64,000 nt of DNA from Octopus sinensis (GCF_006345805.1 NC_043011.1:48806464-48870463), one strand, 5' to 3'; positions 1 to 14,900 are shown, counted from the first letter of the stretch. The notes: generated by a model not told the origin, from the letters alone. Translations and numbers: made by a program.

Positions 1-240
1 CAATCAAAAGTCCAGGAAAAGAGAACATTTCTGGTGAATTAATGTGGAACTTAGAGCTCTTGTACTCTGATTAAGAATTCTCATTAGTAGCCATCATCAT
101 TGGTGCATTAGGCGATGTACCCACAAATATACACAAAAATCTAGAAATAATAGGTTTAGCAGAAAAAGAGGGATTGTCCAAATCCAATCTATTAGAGGCA
201 CCAACTCAACCACATATTTACAAACCCTGGGAATTCTCTT
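1..240 (+). mobile_element. Decayed 3' end of an RLE-endonuclease non-LTR retrotransposon (R4/Dong-like)
   Basis: Translation gives VAIIIGALGDVPTNIHKNLEIIGL, which resembles the C-terminal 'PIxxGALG' motif of R4/Dong-type elements; an in-frame stop lies upstream. Confidence 0.55.
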
Positions 241-610
241 AATTCAAAATATTTTATTGTTTTATTAGTGACGGTCTTGAACTCTCTCAAGAAGAATTTA
301 AATAAAACTCAAAGAATAATCATTCGTTCATTCATACGTACATACATACATGCATGCTTATCAGCACAAGGAGTACTGATGCATTCACTACATCAAGCAA
401 CTAAACTGAGGTTACTTTACTGTCTTATATGCAGGACACCTCAAAACCTTATCCGTTGTTATTGGTCACTACTTGGTCATCCCTGATTGAACAGACTTAA
501 ATACAAAGATGTTTTGTATTTATGACTATATTATCCAATATGTTTTTAATAAAATGATAGGATATTTTGAGGTAGATTTTGCTGCTATTTTTAACAAGTA
601 GTATGAACAA

Positions 611-766
611 GTGGAGGCAAATGGCCTAGTGGTTAGAGCAGCGAAATTGTGGTCAAGGGATCGCGGGTTCGAATCTCAGACTGGGTGATGTGTGTGTTTA
701 TGAGCGAAACACCTAAGCTCCACACAGCTCCAGCAGAAGGTAATGGCGAACTTCTGCTGACTTTTT
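611..766 (+). mobile_element. tRNA-derived SINE family C (OR-like), 3'-truncated
   Basis: Head GGCCTAGTGGTTAGAGCAGC...GGGTTCGAATCTCAG with A and B boxes; body shared with 2520-2825. Confidence 0.8.
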
Positions 767-790
767 CAAGTTATCTTAATTACTCCAGGT

Positions 791-937
791 GTAGAAGTCG
801 CTGTGTGGTAAGTAGCTTGGTTCCGGGTTCAGTCCCACTGCATGGCACCATGGGCAAGTGTCTTCTGCTATAGCCTCGAGCCGACCAAAGTCTTGTGAGT
901 GGATTTGGTAGATGGAAACTGAAAGAAACCCATCGTA

Positions 938-988
<51 letters not shown>

Positions 989-1204
989 ATATGTTTGTGT
1001 GTCTGTGTTTGTCCCCCCAACATCGCTTGACAACTGATGCTGGTGTGTTTATGTCCCCATAACTTAGCGGTTCAGCAAAAGAGACCGATAGAATAAATAC
1101 TAGGCTTACAAAGAATAAGTCCTGGGGTCGATTTGCTCTATTAAAGGCAGTGCTCCAGTATGGCCACAGTCAAATGACTGAAACAAGTAAAAAGAGTAAA
1201 AGAG
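791..1204 (+). mobile_element. tRNA-derived SINE family A, full length
   Basis: Head GCTGTGTGGTAAGTAGC...GGTTCAGTCCC, internal (TA)/(TG) microsatellite, tail GAAACAAGTAAAAAGAG; many related copies in this window. Confidence 0.9.
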
Positions 1205-1968
1205 GTACAGAACTTCTGGTTTGTCTGGAAGTGTACTTTTTTTCTTTTTTCCAGATAAAGTGTTCAGATCTAGTTTCTTGACATGATGACCAAATTATCT
1301 ATTTCAGCAAATATGCTCAAATAATCTGACCCTATCTGTTACTGACGGATAAACTCAAGGTCATAGACCTGCCTGTATTATCCATATATGCAAGAGAAAT
1401 ATCTGCAGTAGACATGAATGCAATATCCTAGAGCTGTAATAAAAAACATATACACCATATCCACTTGGCCATATTAATTCTACAGTGTATTGCAGAAACT
1501 CTAAGCCAAATATGAGAACAATACTCTAACTGCTTACAATGAAATATTAGTGTTGACATAATATCATTCATAAAGCAAAACATTTCAAAAATAATAATAA
1601 TAATAATAGTAATAATAATAATAATAATAAATAAATAAAAATGAAAACAAATAATTAAAAAAGCAAACTCATATTACATCTGAAGTCAAAAGTCTTTGGT
1701 ATTTTTCAAGTCTTTTTTTAAAATTTTGTATTTGATTTTAAATGATTTTTATTTTTTTTAGATAAATATATTTTGCTGAGATAAATATTTGTTTTAAAAG
1801 ATGAGGGAGAAAGAAAATGAAAATCATAGATTGAAATGAAGCAAAAACATTAATATTAATAATTTCTTAATTTGGCAAAAATCCAAAATCTTGCAGAGAA
1901 GAGAAGAGAAGAGAATGCTGATCCTTGTCTCTTGTATATGGCAGCAGTTTAGTAATGGTATGTTCCAA

Positions 1969-2392
1969 CTCTTTTACTCTTTTACTCTTTTACTTGTTTC
2001 AGTCATTTGACTGTGGCCATGCTGGAGCATCGCTTTTAGTCGAACAAATCGACCCCGGGACTTATTTTTTGTAAGCCCAGTACTTATTCTATCGGTCTTT
2101 TTTGCCGAATCGCTAAGTGACAGCGACGTAAACACACCAGCATCGGTTGTCAAGCGATGTTGGGGGGAGGGGGGCAAACACAGACACACAAACATATACA
2201 CATACACATACATATATATACATATATACGACAGGCTTCTTTCAGTTTCCATCTACCAAATCCACTCACAAGGCTTTGGCCAGCCTGAGGCTATAGTAGA
2301 AGACACTTGCCCAAGGTGCCACGCAGTGGGACTGAACCCGGAACTATGTGGTTCGTAAGCAAGCTAATTACCACACAGCCACTCCTACGCCT
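1969..2392 (-). mobile_element. SINE family A, full length
   Basis: Reverse complement of 791-1204. Confidence 0.9.
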
Positions 2393-2519
2393 ACTGTGCA
2401 TAACTAAATCAGCTTGAATGCACCACTTCTCAAACGACACATATAAGTGCTTCTTGGGCCACAAAATTCCAAGTATACCTCTGTTACCAATTTTATCAAA
2501 CTACTGTGTTTGCAATGAG

Positions 2520-2825
2520 TGGAGACACATAGCTTAGTGGTTAGAGCAGCGGGCTTGAGTCGAGAGATCGCGAGTTCAAATCTCAGACCGGGCGATGTGT
2601 GTGTTTATGAACAAAACGCCTAAGCCCCACGTGGCTTCGGCAGAAGGTAATGGCGAACTTCTGCTGACTCTTTCGCCACAACTTTCTCTGGCTCTTTCCT
2701 CCTGTATCTTGCAGCTCACCTGTGATGGACTGGCATTCCGACTAGGTGGGGAACCTATATGCCAATGAAACCAGGAAAGTAGCCCTTATGAGCCAGGCAT
2801 GGCTAGAGAAAGAACAAACAACAAC
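2520..2825 (+). mobile_element. SINE family C (OR-like), full length
   Basis: tRNA-like head TAGCTTAGTGGTTAGAGC...GAGTTCAAATC, (AAC)n tail. Confidence 0.85.
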
Positions 2826-3434
2826 TGTGTTTGAGGTGAAGACTAATTATCATAAGTTCAATACTTTAGAAAACAAAAATACAGGTAATTTTTTGTTGCA
2901 TTGGTACAATACACAGTCTTGAAAAAGTTAATTTTCATTAAAAGAGGAGAATGTTTTAAAGAAGAAATAACAAGAGAAAACAACAGACAAGAAACTGGGG
3001 GTTCACATTAAGAGGGTGAGCTTTTCAGTTGGGCTGCCAAGCCAGGGACTTTTGAATATTAATCATAACCTTTTAATGGAATATGGTAATCAATTAAACA
3101 TGGTGTGTAATGCTGAAATAATGATGGAGTGAAGAGTTGAAGTAATTGTGGTTCATTCATTATCATCATCATCATCATCATCATTTAACATCCATTTTCC
3201 ATGCTGGCATGAGTTGAATGGCTTGACAGGAGCTAGCAAGGCCAGGAGTCACACTAGGTTGTATAGTCTATTTTGGCTTGGTAGAAGAAACTACACAGGC
3301 CATAAGGGTTGACACCAAATGCAGGCCAGTGATTGGCTTGAGTTAACCCCAAGCTGTAGCTTGGTGAAAGAGATAAGCTATTGAAAGAAGTTCCACAAAC
3401 AAGGGGCAACAGTGTACAGAAGTGGTTGCCATAT

Positions 3435-3837
3435 ACTCTTTACTCTTTTACTTGTTTCAGTCATTTGACTGCGGCCATGCTGGAGCACCACCTTTAATCG
3501 AGCAACTCGACCCTGGGACTTATTCTTTTGTAAGCCCAGTACTTATTCTATCGGTCTCTTTTGCCAAACCGCTAAGTAACGGGGACATAAACACACCAGC
3601 ATCAGTTGTCAAGCAATGCTAGGGGGACAAACACAGACACACAAACACACATGCATATATATATACATATATACGACGGGCTTCTTTCAGTTTCCGTCTA
3701 CCAAATCCACTCACAAGGCTTTGATCGGCCCAAGGCTATAGTTGAAGACACTTGCCGAAGGTGCCACGCAGTGGGACTGAACCCGGAACCATGTGGTTGC
3801 TAAACAAGCTACTTACCACACAGCCACTCCTGCGCCT
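3435..3837 (-). mobile_element. SINE family A, full length
   Basis: Homologous to 1969-2392. Confidence 0.9.
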
Positions 3838-4254
3838 ATTTTGTAATATGTGTAATATTACATACTACACATACTAATATGTGTAATTTCTTTCTATAGC
3901 TTATCTCTAGATGTATATCAGCCTTAGCTCATGCCAGTGCATTACCAGTCACAGCATAATGAGATCACTACCCTAACTTGGGGTAATACTTATCCCCACT
4001 TAAGTAAGAACAAACTTTACTGTGGTAGATACCATGAGAGAAACTCTCATATAGGTTTTGGTGTAAAATGCACACATGTTTATATCATTAGCAGGAAGAT
4101 AAAATACCCACAAACTCCAGCACAAAGACCACTAGATCACATGATTTCAACCTTCCTTGATTTCATCAGTGATGGATACACAACTGCTGAGACCTGTTGA
4201 CCAGTGGCAATTTTCTATGCCACAACAAGGGAAACAGCATACTATACTATAATA

Positions 4255-4473
4255 CAGTGGTTTTCAACCAGTGTTCCGCAGAACCTTAGGGTTCCGCCAG
4301 TATAGTCCAGGGGTTCCGCAAGAAGTTACAAAACTGTTAAAATCGGCAGTAATTTTTAATTTTCCTGTGCAGATATGTGTGCATAAGACTATTAAATTAT
4401 TGCACAGGGATTCCTCGAGCCAGTGGAATGTTTCCTTGGGGTTCCGCTCCAGCAAAAAGTTTGCAAAGCACTG
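4255..4473. mobile_element. hAT-superfamily (Charlie-like) MITE with intact 8-bp TSD
   Basis: Ends CAGTGGTTTTCAA / TTGCAAAGCACTG; TSD CTATAATA at 4247-4254 and 4474-4481. Confidence 0.85.
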
Positions 4474-4513
4474 CTATAATATACTACACGATACTATACT
4501 GTACTCTTATCAG

Positions 4514-4578
4514 AGATCTCCTGGAACAAAACGCAGTGGTCAGGAGGTAGTACAACATAATAATGTAATAGCTTTTAA
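4514..4578 (+). CDS. Candidate coding exon RSPGTKRSGQEVVQHNNVIAF(K), unassigned
   Basis: Acceptor tactcttatcAG, donor aa|GTAAGG; only one open frame (phase 0 to phase 2). No recognised homology. Confidence 0.15.
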
Positions 4579-5439
4579 GTAAGGAACAGGGCTATCATAT
4601 TTTGCAGAGCAAGTTATAGCTGATGAAATTAATTAATTACTATACTTGATTTGGTACTTATTTTATTGGCTCCAGAAGGAAGGAAGGAAGGACGGCTAAG
4701 TTGACAGAGGCAGGAATTAAGCTCAGAACATAAAGGAATGTAACCAGATTCTGCAAAAATCTTCTGTCTGTGAAATCTTGTGTGTTCTACAGATTCTACA
4801 TCTCGCTACCCAGCCAACAGAAACAAACAACTGTGTTTGTATTAGCATTTAGCTATGTCTGAGTTTCTAATCAAAACTCAATCCCATTTTCAAGACCTAA
4901 AATCAATATACATTTGTTTTAGATCTCTTTCTCCCCACCTCTCTCTCTCTCTTCCCTCTCTCTCTCTCTTTCTCTCTCTCTCGCTTTCTCTCTCATTGCT
5001 TGTCTTTCTCATTGAAATAACACTTATTATACTAATATCAATTTATCGATGATGAAAAATAAAAAAAAAAAAGGAAAGAAAAATTGAATAACACACGCAC
5101 ACGCACACGCATATATATATACACACACTGAATATAAAAATATATATACAAATCTGAATGGAGATAGCAGGAGAAGAAGAAAAAAATAATATAATAACAT
5201 TGTGAAAAGGAAATAAAAATATATACCACAAAAAAAACAAAAAAAAAAAAAAAAAACAAAAAAAAACAAAAGCATTATCTGTGTAGAACATTCCTTTAGG
5301 GTGAATGAAATAGATGTATCTGTATGTCTATTTGTTCTACTTATTTCATCAACTAACTTCATGCTGTCAGCTTCCTATGTTTGCTTCTCTCCTCCCCCTC
5401 CACCCACTGCCCTGCTATACATTAAAAAAAATAATAATG

Positions 5440-5476
<37 letters not shown>

Positions 5477-5499
5477 CAACATCAGCAATATGATAGATA

Positions 5500-5649
5500 T
5501 ATATATATATATCCATATATATATATGCATATATATATATACATATATATATACATACATATATATATACACATATATATATATACACATATATATAATA
5601 CACATATATATATACACACATATATATATGCACATATATATATATATAT

Positions 5650-5692
<43 letters not shown>

Positions 5693-5803
5693 TATATACA
5701 TATATACACACACATATATATATACACATACACATACATATATACACACACATATATATATACACACACACATATATATATACACACACACACCTATATA
5801 TAT

Positions 5804-5835
<32 letters not shown>

Positions 5836-5900
5836 CTACACACACAAACATACATAAACACGTGTTTATGTATATATATATATATATATATGCATGTATA
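5500..5900. repeat. Compound (TA)n/(CA)n microsatellite
   Basis: Direct reading; source of the YIYI/HTHT ORFs. Confidence 0.95.
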
Positions 5901-6544
5901 TGCATAGATATAATGAGTAAGAAACAGTTATATGCATGCGTACGTTCACATATATTTACATTACACAAACACATTTATACACACACATGCACACACATGC
6001 ACACACACACATTCATGCACTACTGTGCAAAATGAGAGCAACATTGTACATTGTACATTGTTATGTACAAAAATCCATTTGCAAACCACTAAATGTATTC
6101 AAGTTTAACCAGCATAAATCCGGTAATATGTAATCCAGATATGTTGCTGGTTTAAACATAATTTTGTGGAAAGAGAAGCAGCGGAGAGGAGATGGCGAGA
6201 GCAAGGGGGAAGATAAAAGAGGAGAGGAAGAAGCAGAAAGAGTAAAGAAAAGAACTTGCATTGTGTTCCATTCTAACATAATATTCGCTTTGTTAAAAAA
6301 CTATGTTTAACTGCTGTAACAACATGCTTAATGCTAGTGAACCAAAAATAATTTTTAATCAATTGAACTTGTACTTCTAATGGGAAGTAATATCATTAGT
6401 GTTAACGACAATTTTTTGTTTAAAAAGACAAGGGAGAGAATTCTATATTTCAAATTGGTTACTGATTTAATGGATACATGTAGTAGGGGTAAGTCTGTCC
6501 TTTGGCTAATATAGTCTAACATGTACCTTGTTTGCATAGTACGC

Positions 6545-6693
6545 TTTTTGCCACAACTTTCTCTCACTCTTTCTTCTGTTGGCCTGCTCACTTAGCCAGC
6601 AGGGTGGCATCATTTGAAGGCTAAAACAATGCAAAGCGCATTGTGACCAGCGATGTGTAGCAACATTTGGTAGCCTGGTTGGTCACAGTAATT
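6545..6693 (+). mobile_element. SINE family C variant, 3' part
   Basis: Matches the reverse complement of part of 22129-22425. Confidence 0.8.
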
Positions 6694-7258
6694 GTGGTGA
6701 TATATATATGTATATATATATGCATTTGTCCAAAATCACTCTGTAGGAGGGAGTGGGAGAAAGAGTAGTATAAGTGAAGGGAGAGGAGAGAAAATAGTAA
6801 TTCAGTGAAGGAGAAGTAGTGAGAGTAATAGCCATGACTGAGAGAGAGTGAGATAAAGTAACAGCAATAAGAGAGAGGAAGTGGCAAAGAGAGTCTCGTG
6901 TATCTTATCTACTATAATAATACTCTTGTGTTTTTCTCTGTCACAACATATGAATGAGAAAGGAACGGGCGATAGATGAATAAAGAAGGAAGGGGTGATG
7001 GCAAACTGGTGATGGGAGTGTTTCAACTCTTTGTGAATGCTTGTATGTGTGAACCAGCGTTCTTTCAATAACAAAAGATGATCGATGTCACATTATGAAA
7101 GACAGCGACTAGATAACATTGACAAGTGTATTAATTTGATTTACCATCCATATCTCTATATAAAATACTACAATTAGCCATCATTTTTGATGGCTTGGGG
7201 ACAGCTAGTTTCTAATATTCAGCACACCCAGTTACAGCATGTCAACTACATTACTAGT

Positions 7259-7690
7259 ATCATCATCATCATTTGACATTCTTTTTCCATCCTGGCATGG
7301 GTTTGACAGTTTGACAAGAACTGGCAAAGCCAGAGGTCACACCAAGATCCATAATCCGTTCTGACTTGGTTTCTGCATTTGGATGGGCCTTTCTAATGTC
7401 AACCACTTTACAGAGTATACTGGGTGCTTTTTACATGGCACCAGCACAAGCACCAGTGCTTTTTGTGTGACACCCACGCTTTTTATATGGCACTTTGGTT
7501 TTAGGATCTCAATACTGTTGTGGTGGGCAAGTTTTCTTTGAGTACAACAAGGCACCACATATTTCAGTCCTCTGTCATCTCCTTCGTAAGGTTCAGTATC
7601 TTGAGATCAGCCTTCAGTACTTCATCCCATGTCTTACTGGGTCTCCCACTTCCAGATCTTCTTTCCACTTCAAGTGATCAGCACTTATTT
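7259..7690 (-). mobile_element. RTE-clade LINE 3' fragments with (GAT)n tail
   Basis: (ATC)n start, RTE-type tail, and a segment antisense to the 'RPxKTWDEV' region. Confidence 0.7.
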
Positions 7691-7714
7691 ATATATATAT
7701 GATAGATTGTTAGC

Positions 7715-7902
7715 TCCTACACGCATTTTTTTCTCTCCTTGTTTCTCTCCTTGTTTCTTTTCTGTGTATCTTTCTGTCGAAGAGCTTAGGCTCGAAACGT
7801 AAAAGACTTTTTCTATTTCTATTCCTGAGCGCTAAACTAATACATTTGTTTGTTTGTACTCCACCTGCCTTCATCTTTTGTTTATTTTCGTAAGCTTTCC
7901 CG

Positions 7903-7905
<3 letters not shown>
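7715..7905 (+). mobile_element. HHR-bearing dispersed repeat family H2, copy 1
   Basis: Homologous to 54945-55145 and 59590-59775; ends at a (TA)n tract. Confidence 0.8.
7769..7806 (+). ncRNA. Minimal type I hammerhead-like motif with A6U core variant
   Basis: TCTTT-CTGTCGA-A-GAGC ttag GCTC-GAA-ACGT-A-AAAGA: 5-bp stem I, 4-bp stem II, palindromic ACGT stem III, GUA triplet. Confidence 0.65.
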
Positions 7906-7949
<44 letters not shown>

Positions 7950-8349
7950 TATATACATATATATATATGCACACACACACAAATGGGGGTGTGTATGTAT
8001 ATAGCATATTCTTATGTTTAATATATATATAGATATATTGTTATACAATCCCACACTGGAGTCTTGAGAGGATTAGCTTGCCTTCCTAGAAACAGCAACC
8101 AAATCCCCCTCCATCAATTTACTCGCTGGGCACCATAAAAATTGGAAGGACACATTAGATTATATAGTTTCAGGTTTACTATTTTTAAATGAAAGATAAT
8201 GTGAGTTTTGTAAGTGCACTGTTGTATTATGTGATAAGATATTGAATTGTTTGATGTAGAATGATAGAGAGGCACAGATGTGGCTGTGTGAAACGGGTGA
8301 AAGATTAAATCTGTCTGATCCAAGTCAGCATGGAAAATCGAATATTAAA

Positions 8350-8869
8350 ACGATGATGATGATAACGATGAAGATAATGATGAAGATGATGATGGTGGGG
8401 GTGTTGGTGATGGTGACGATAAGGATTATGACGATGACAATGACGAAGATGGTGATGACGATGACGACGATGATGATGATGATGATGATGACAATGATGA
8501 TGATGATGATGATGGGGTGTTGGTGATGGGGATGATAAGGATGATGACAATGACAATAACGAAGATGATGATGATGATGACGATGATGATGATGATGATG
8601 ATGATGAGGATGATGATAATGATGATGACAATGATGATGATGACAAAGATGATGATGATGATGATGGGTGTTGGTGATGGTGATGATAAGGATGATGACG
8701 ATGACAATAACGAAGATGGTGATGATGACGACGACGATGATGATGATGATGATGATGATAATGATGATGACAATGATGATGATGACAAAGATGATGATGA
8801 TGGGGTGTTGGTGATGGGGATGATAAGGATGATGACAATGACAATAACGAAGATGATGATGATGATGAC

Positions 8870-8902
<33 letters not shown>

Positions 8903-9012
8903 AACAATGATGATGATGACGAATATGATGATGATGATGATGGTGATGGTGATGATAAGGATGATGACGATGACAATAACGAAGATGATGATGATGTTTA
9001 TGCTGATGATGC
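8350..9012. repeat. (GAT)n-derived higher-order minisatellite, about 5 units of 118-151 bp
   Basis: Unit marker GGTGTTGGTGATGG...GATAAGGAT recurs near 8400, 8515, 8666, 8802 and, partially, 8942. Confidence 0.9.
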
Positions 9013-9480
9013 TCAGGACATATTCTTTTAATTACTCTAAGTAGGCTACCTTCTGTCTCACAACACAAAATGCCATCCAGGTCTGTCTTGTCTATCAAGA
9101 ATCTATTAACATAACAATCTGCTTGCATTAGTTTCACATTTAAATCGCGTACATACTATTTATTCTCTGAAGTATTCTTCAAGTTTACCTTATTATAAAT
9201 GCTTAGCACACTATGTTTTTGCTACCTGTAGCAAGACCTATTTTTTTTATTTATCTTATTTTATTTTCTCACCTCTAAATTCCAAAAGCAAAAACAATTT
9301 AAAAGACACTTTCAAGGGAAAAATATTAAGAAATTTGTATGCACTGTTTGTGTGAAAAGATTTATTTCACACAGTGTGTTGTATTTTACAGTTATTCATT
9401 GCGTTATCAATGACAAGAAATATCTCCAAGAAAACAAAACTACATAAAATATTTAGTCTATTTTTATTTTGCTTTCATTC

Positions 9481-9538
<58 letters not shown>

Positions 9539-9540
9539 GT

Positions 9541-12110
<2,570 letters not shown>

Positions 12111-12960
12111 CATGTTTATGTGCATGTCTATAATAAAATGTATGAACGTATACCCGAAGTATAAAAACAATGTATACAGACTGAACCCAGGTAAAACAAA
12201 TTTAAATCACACCGGCACAGTTTACCGAATTGTGAACAGGTACCATAGAAAGAAATTGTTCTCCACCACATGTCTTTATAATGAACATATATATAACCAT
12301 TAGATTTGAAAGTCTTTCATGATCTGCATTAAAACAAAAAGGCTGTTTCCTATAATGTTTGTTTTTTTCCTTTGTGAATTATAAAGAAATGTATAATACA
12401 GATTCTGTCAAACACAGCAGACAAAAAAAAACCATTTTCACTTGCTTAACCATTAGTAATTTTCAATTTTAGTGAACAAAGACACTAAAAAAATTGTGAT
12501 AAAATGAATTAAATAAAATAAAAAATAAACATGAAGAGGTTATTTGAAATTCTAGCAGATTTTTAGTCTCCAATGTAGTTTTAAAAATCATTTATTTCAA
12601 ATTAGTTTTAAGCTAATGTATCTTTCCCACCCTATAAAGAAAGAAGAAAGAGAACAAGTGAGAGGGAGAGAGCAAGAGAGAGAGAGAGAGCAAGAGAATG
12701 AGAGAGAGAAAGAGGGAGAGAGTGGTTTATGCTAAATCAACTACAGTCAATATATTTCTTCTGTATTCTTATCTTCGTTTACTTTAAAAAAAAAAGGAAA
12801 TGAAATAAGAAATTGTGATTTCTTACATTGGCATAAGACCACACACCTCTAGAGGAATGGTAAAGTTGATTGAATCAACTCTTAGTATGTTACTAGTACC
12901 TACAGAGGTAAAAGGTCAAGTAAACACTGTGTGACTGAAATTCAACAAAAAAGAAAACAG

Positions 12961-13650
12961 GTAATGTTATTATCAGTTTGAATATGCCAGCGGCAAGTTT
13001 GAACCTGTAAGCAAGCCATTCGCTGTGTTTTGTCATGGAGAAAATTTCTTGCTGTAGACAAATGGTGTAAATATACCTAAATCAGCATGCAGTGCCATCT
13101 ATCAGGACTGTGAGATTCAAGCATTTTTGGAGGGGTTATCTCCTCTTCAATAATAGAAACTGAACAATGGTGCTGTGAGCTGATACGAGAGACACTTTCT
13201 CTTATGCTATTCCTGTCTTTGTACATCGGATAGTAGTGCTGACAAAACACAGTGAATGGCTGGTTTATGAGTTCGATCTTGTCACTGGCACATTCGAACT
13301 GGTAACAACATTGCATTTATGCACAAAACTGCTTAGTGCTCCCACCTGGTAATTTATTTATGGTCAGCTGCCTACGAGCACTACCAGCTGATGTACAACG
13401 ACTGGAATAAATTGAGAGAGATTGTCTGGCTTCTGTGACTCAAGAGGAGATAACCACCCCGATAATGCCTGAATCTTACAGTTTTGATAGGTGGCGCTGT
13501 GAGCTGATTTAGGTGTAATTTACACCATATGTCTACAGTGAGGAAATTTTCTGCATGACAAAAACACTGAATAGCTTGTTTACAAGTTCGAATTTGCCAC
13601 AGGCATATTCGAAATGGTAATAATGTTGCATTTATACACATCACTGCTTA
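12961..13650. mobile_element. Repeat family H3: foldback copy (arms 12961-13037 / 13240-13314) plus adjacent inverted copy (13395-13650)
   Basis: About 75-bp inverted arms; decayed HHR motifs at 13108-13156 (-) and 13433-13481 (+). Confidence 0.75.
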
Positions 13651-13660
13651 TTGCTCCCAC

Positions 13661-13719
<59 letters not shown>

Positions 13720-13955
13720 GTATTAATAAGAATAAGAAGTCATATTTTAATATTTTGCTTAGGTATTGCAAGAGCAATGAGCTGGTGTAGAACTTAATAG
13801 ATGTATGTTTCAGAACAAAGTGTTGGCTGAGTACAGAGCAGTAATAAGAAAGAGAGATGACAAAGGAATTAATGATTATCTTATGAACTTCATTAGTTTA
13901 CATTATATACATTATTTACATTTGAAGGATATTTGTCCTCATCTTGTTTGTTGTT

Positions 13956-14001
13956 AACACAACGTTTCGGCTGATATACCCTCCAGCCTTCTTCAGGTGT
14001 C
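13956..14001 (-). ncRNA. Minimal type I hammerhead ribozyme, intact core
   Basis: Reverse complement reads GACAC-CTGAAGA-A-GGCTG gagggtatat CAGCC-GAA-ACGT-T-GTGTT. Confidence 0.8.
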
Positions 14002-14055
14002 TTGGAGAAATTCCGAACCTGGGTTCTCATTCCTAAGGTATTTTTCAATGTTATG

Positions 14056-14088
<33 letters not shown>

Positions 14089-14107
14089 GTTGTTGTTGTT
14101 GTTAGTG

Positions 14108-14157
14108 TTCAGGAATCGAACTCAGAATCTTGGGGTTAGTAGCCCATGCTCTTAACC
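14108..14157 (-). ncRNA. tRNA-like head (partial; ACT anticodon loop, B box) of the H1 element
   Basis: Reverse complement GGTTAAGAGCATGGGCTACTAACCCCAAGATTCTGAGTTCGATTCC; GGG-CTACTAA-CCC anticodon arm; GAGTTCGATTCC B box. Not a functional tRNA. Confidence 0.6.
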
Positions 14158-14240
14158 TTAACAACAACAACAATAATAATAATAATAATAACATTGAAAA
14201 CTACCTTAGGAATGAGAACCCCGGTTTGAAATTTCCCCAA

Positions 14241-14286
14241 GACACCTGAAGAAGGCTGGAGGGTATATCAGCCGAAACGTTGTGTT
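14241..14286 (+). ncRNA. Minimal type I hammerhead ribozyme, intact core; predicted cleavage after 14281
   Basis: GACAC-CTGAAGA-A-GGCTG gagggtatat CAGCC-GAA-ACGT-T-GTGTT; identical to the minus-strand copy. Confidence 0.8.
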
Positions 14287-14549
14287 AATAACAAATAAGA
14301 TGAGAAAAAATATCCGTCAAATGTAAATAATGTAAATAATGTACATAATTCCTCATCTCTTAAATATAGAATTTCATTAGTTTACAGCTGTTGCTGCTGT
14401 AAGTTTCTGATCTCATAATGAATCCACTGCATCTTACATAGAAACAGCTGTAAGCTAATGAAGTTCATAAGATAATCATTTATTTCTTTGTCATCTCTCT
14501 TTCTTATAAAAAGACATGTCTAAACATAAGTTGGCTAAACAAAAATTGA

Positions 14550-14900
14550 AACAAGAGTGCTCAGAGAATGCAAACCTCTGCCAAGGCAACACCAATGTCC
14601 TCTCAACGATTTGCCAGAGATGACTTTTATAATGGGACTATCCGAAATAAACTCGAGTGCTCTCACAGATGAGAATACTAAAAATGAACCTGACTGCTCT
14701 CAAAAATTAACTAAAAAGACCGGAAAAATAATCCAGAATCCTTGTCCGGTATCAGATCGATCCCAAAATCTAATCAGTTCATGCCAATCATTCCCTGAAT
14801 GTTTCAGCCAAAACCATCCAGTGGATTTTGAGATATCGTGTCCATGGACAAACAAACAAACACAACTGAAAACAATATCTCCTAAGGCAGAGGTAATAAA
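14550..14900 (+). mobile_element. Helentron/HINE-like non-autonomous element
   Basis: 5' AAACCTCTGCCAAGG and 3' CCTAAGGCAGAGGTAA subterminal inverted motif; (AAAC)n near the 3' end. Confidence 0.45.

Larger units (their letters stand above)
13903..14372. mobile_element. PLE-related head-to-head foldback insertion (family H1) with 14-bp TSD-like repeat
   Basis: Long inverted arms; TTCATTAGTTTACA at 13889-13902 and 14373-14386. Confidence 0.85.

Noticed and set aside
5301-6035. 244-aa ORF and overlapping ORFs
   Set aside because: Translations of (AAT)n, (TA)n and (CA)n microsatellites.
8305-9137. Poly-His, poly-Ser, poly-Met and poly-Asp ORFs
   Set aside because: All frames of a (GAT)n minisatellite; no splice or domain evidence.
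14420-14460. GAAACAGCTGTA (palindromic stem III-like) as another HHR
   Set aside because: No CTGAnGA core or stem II upstream in either copy (14441, 16302).
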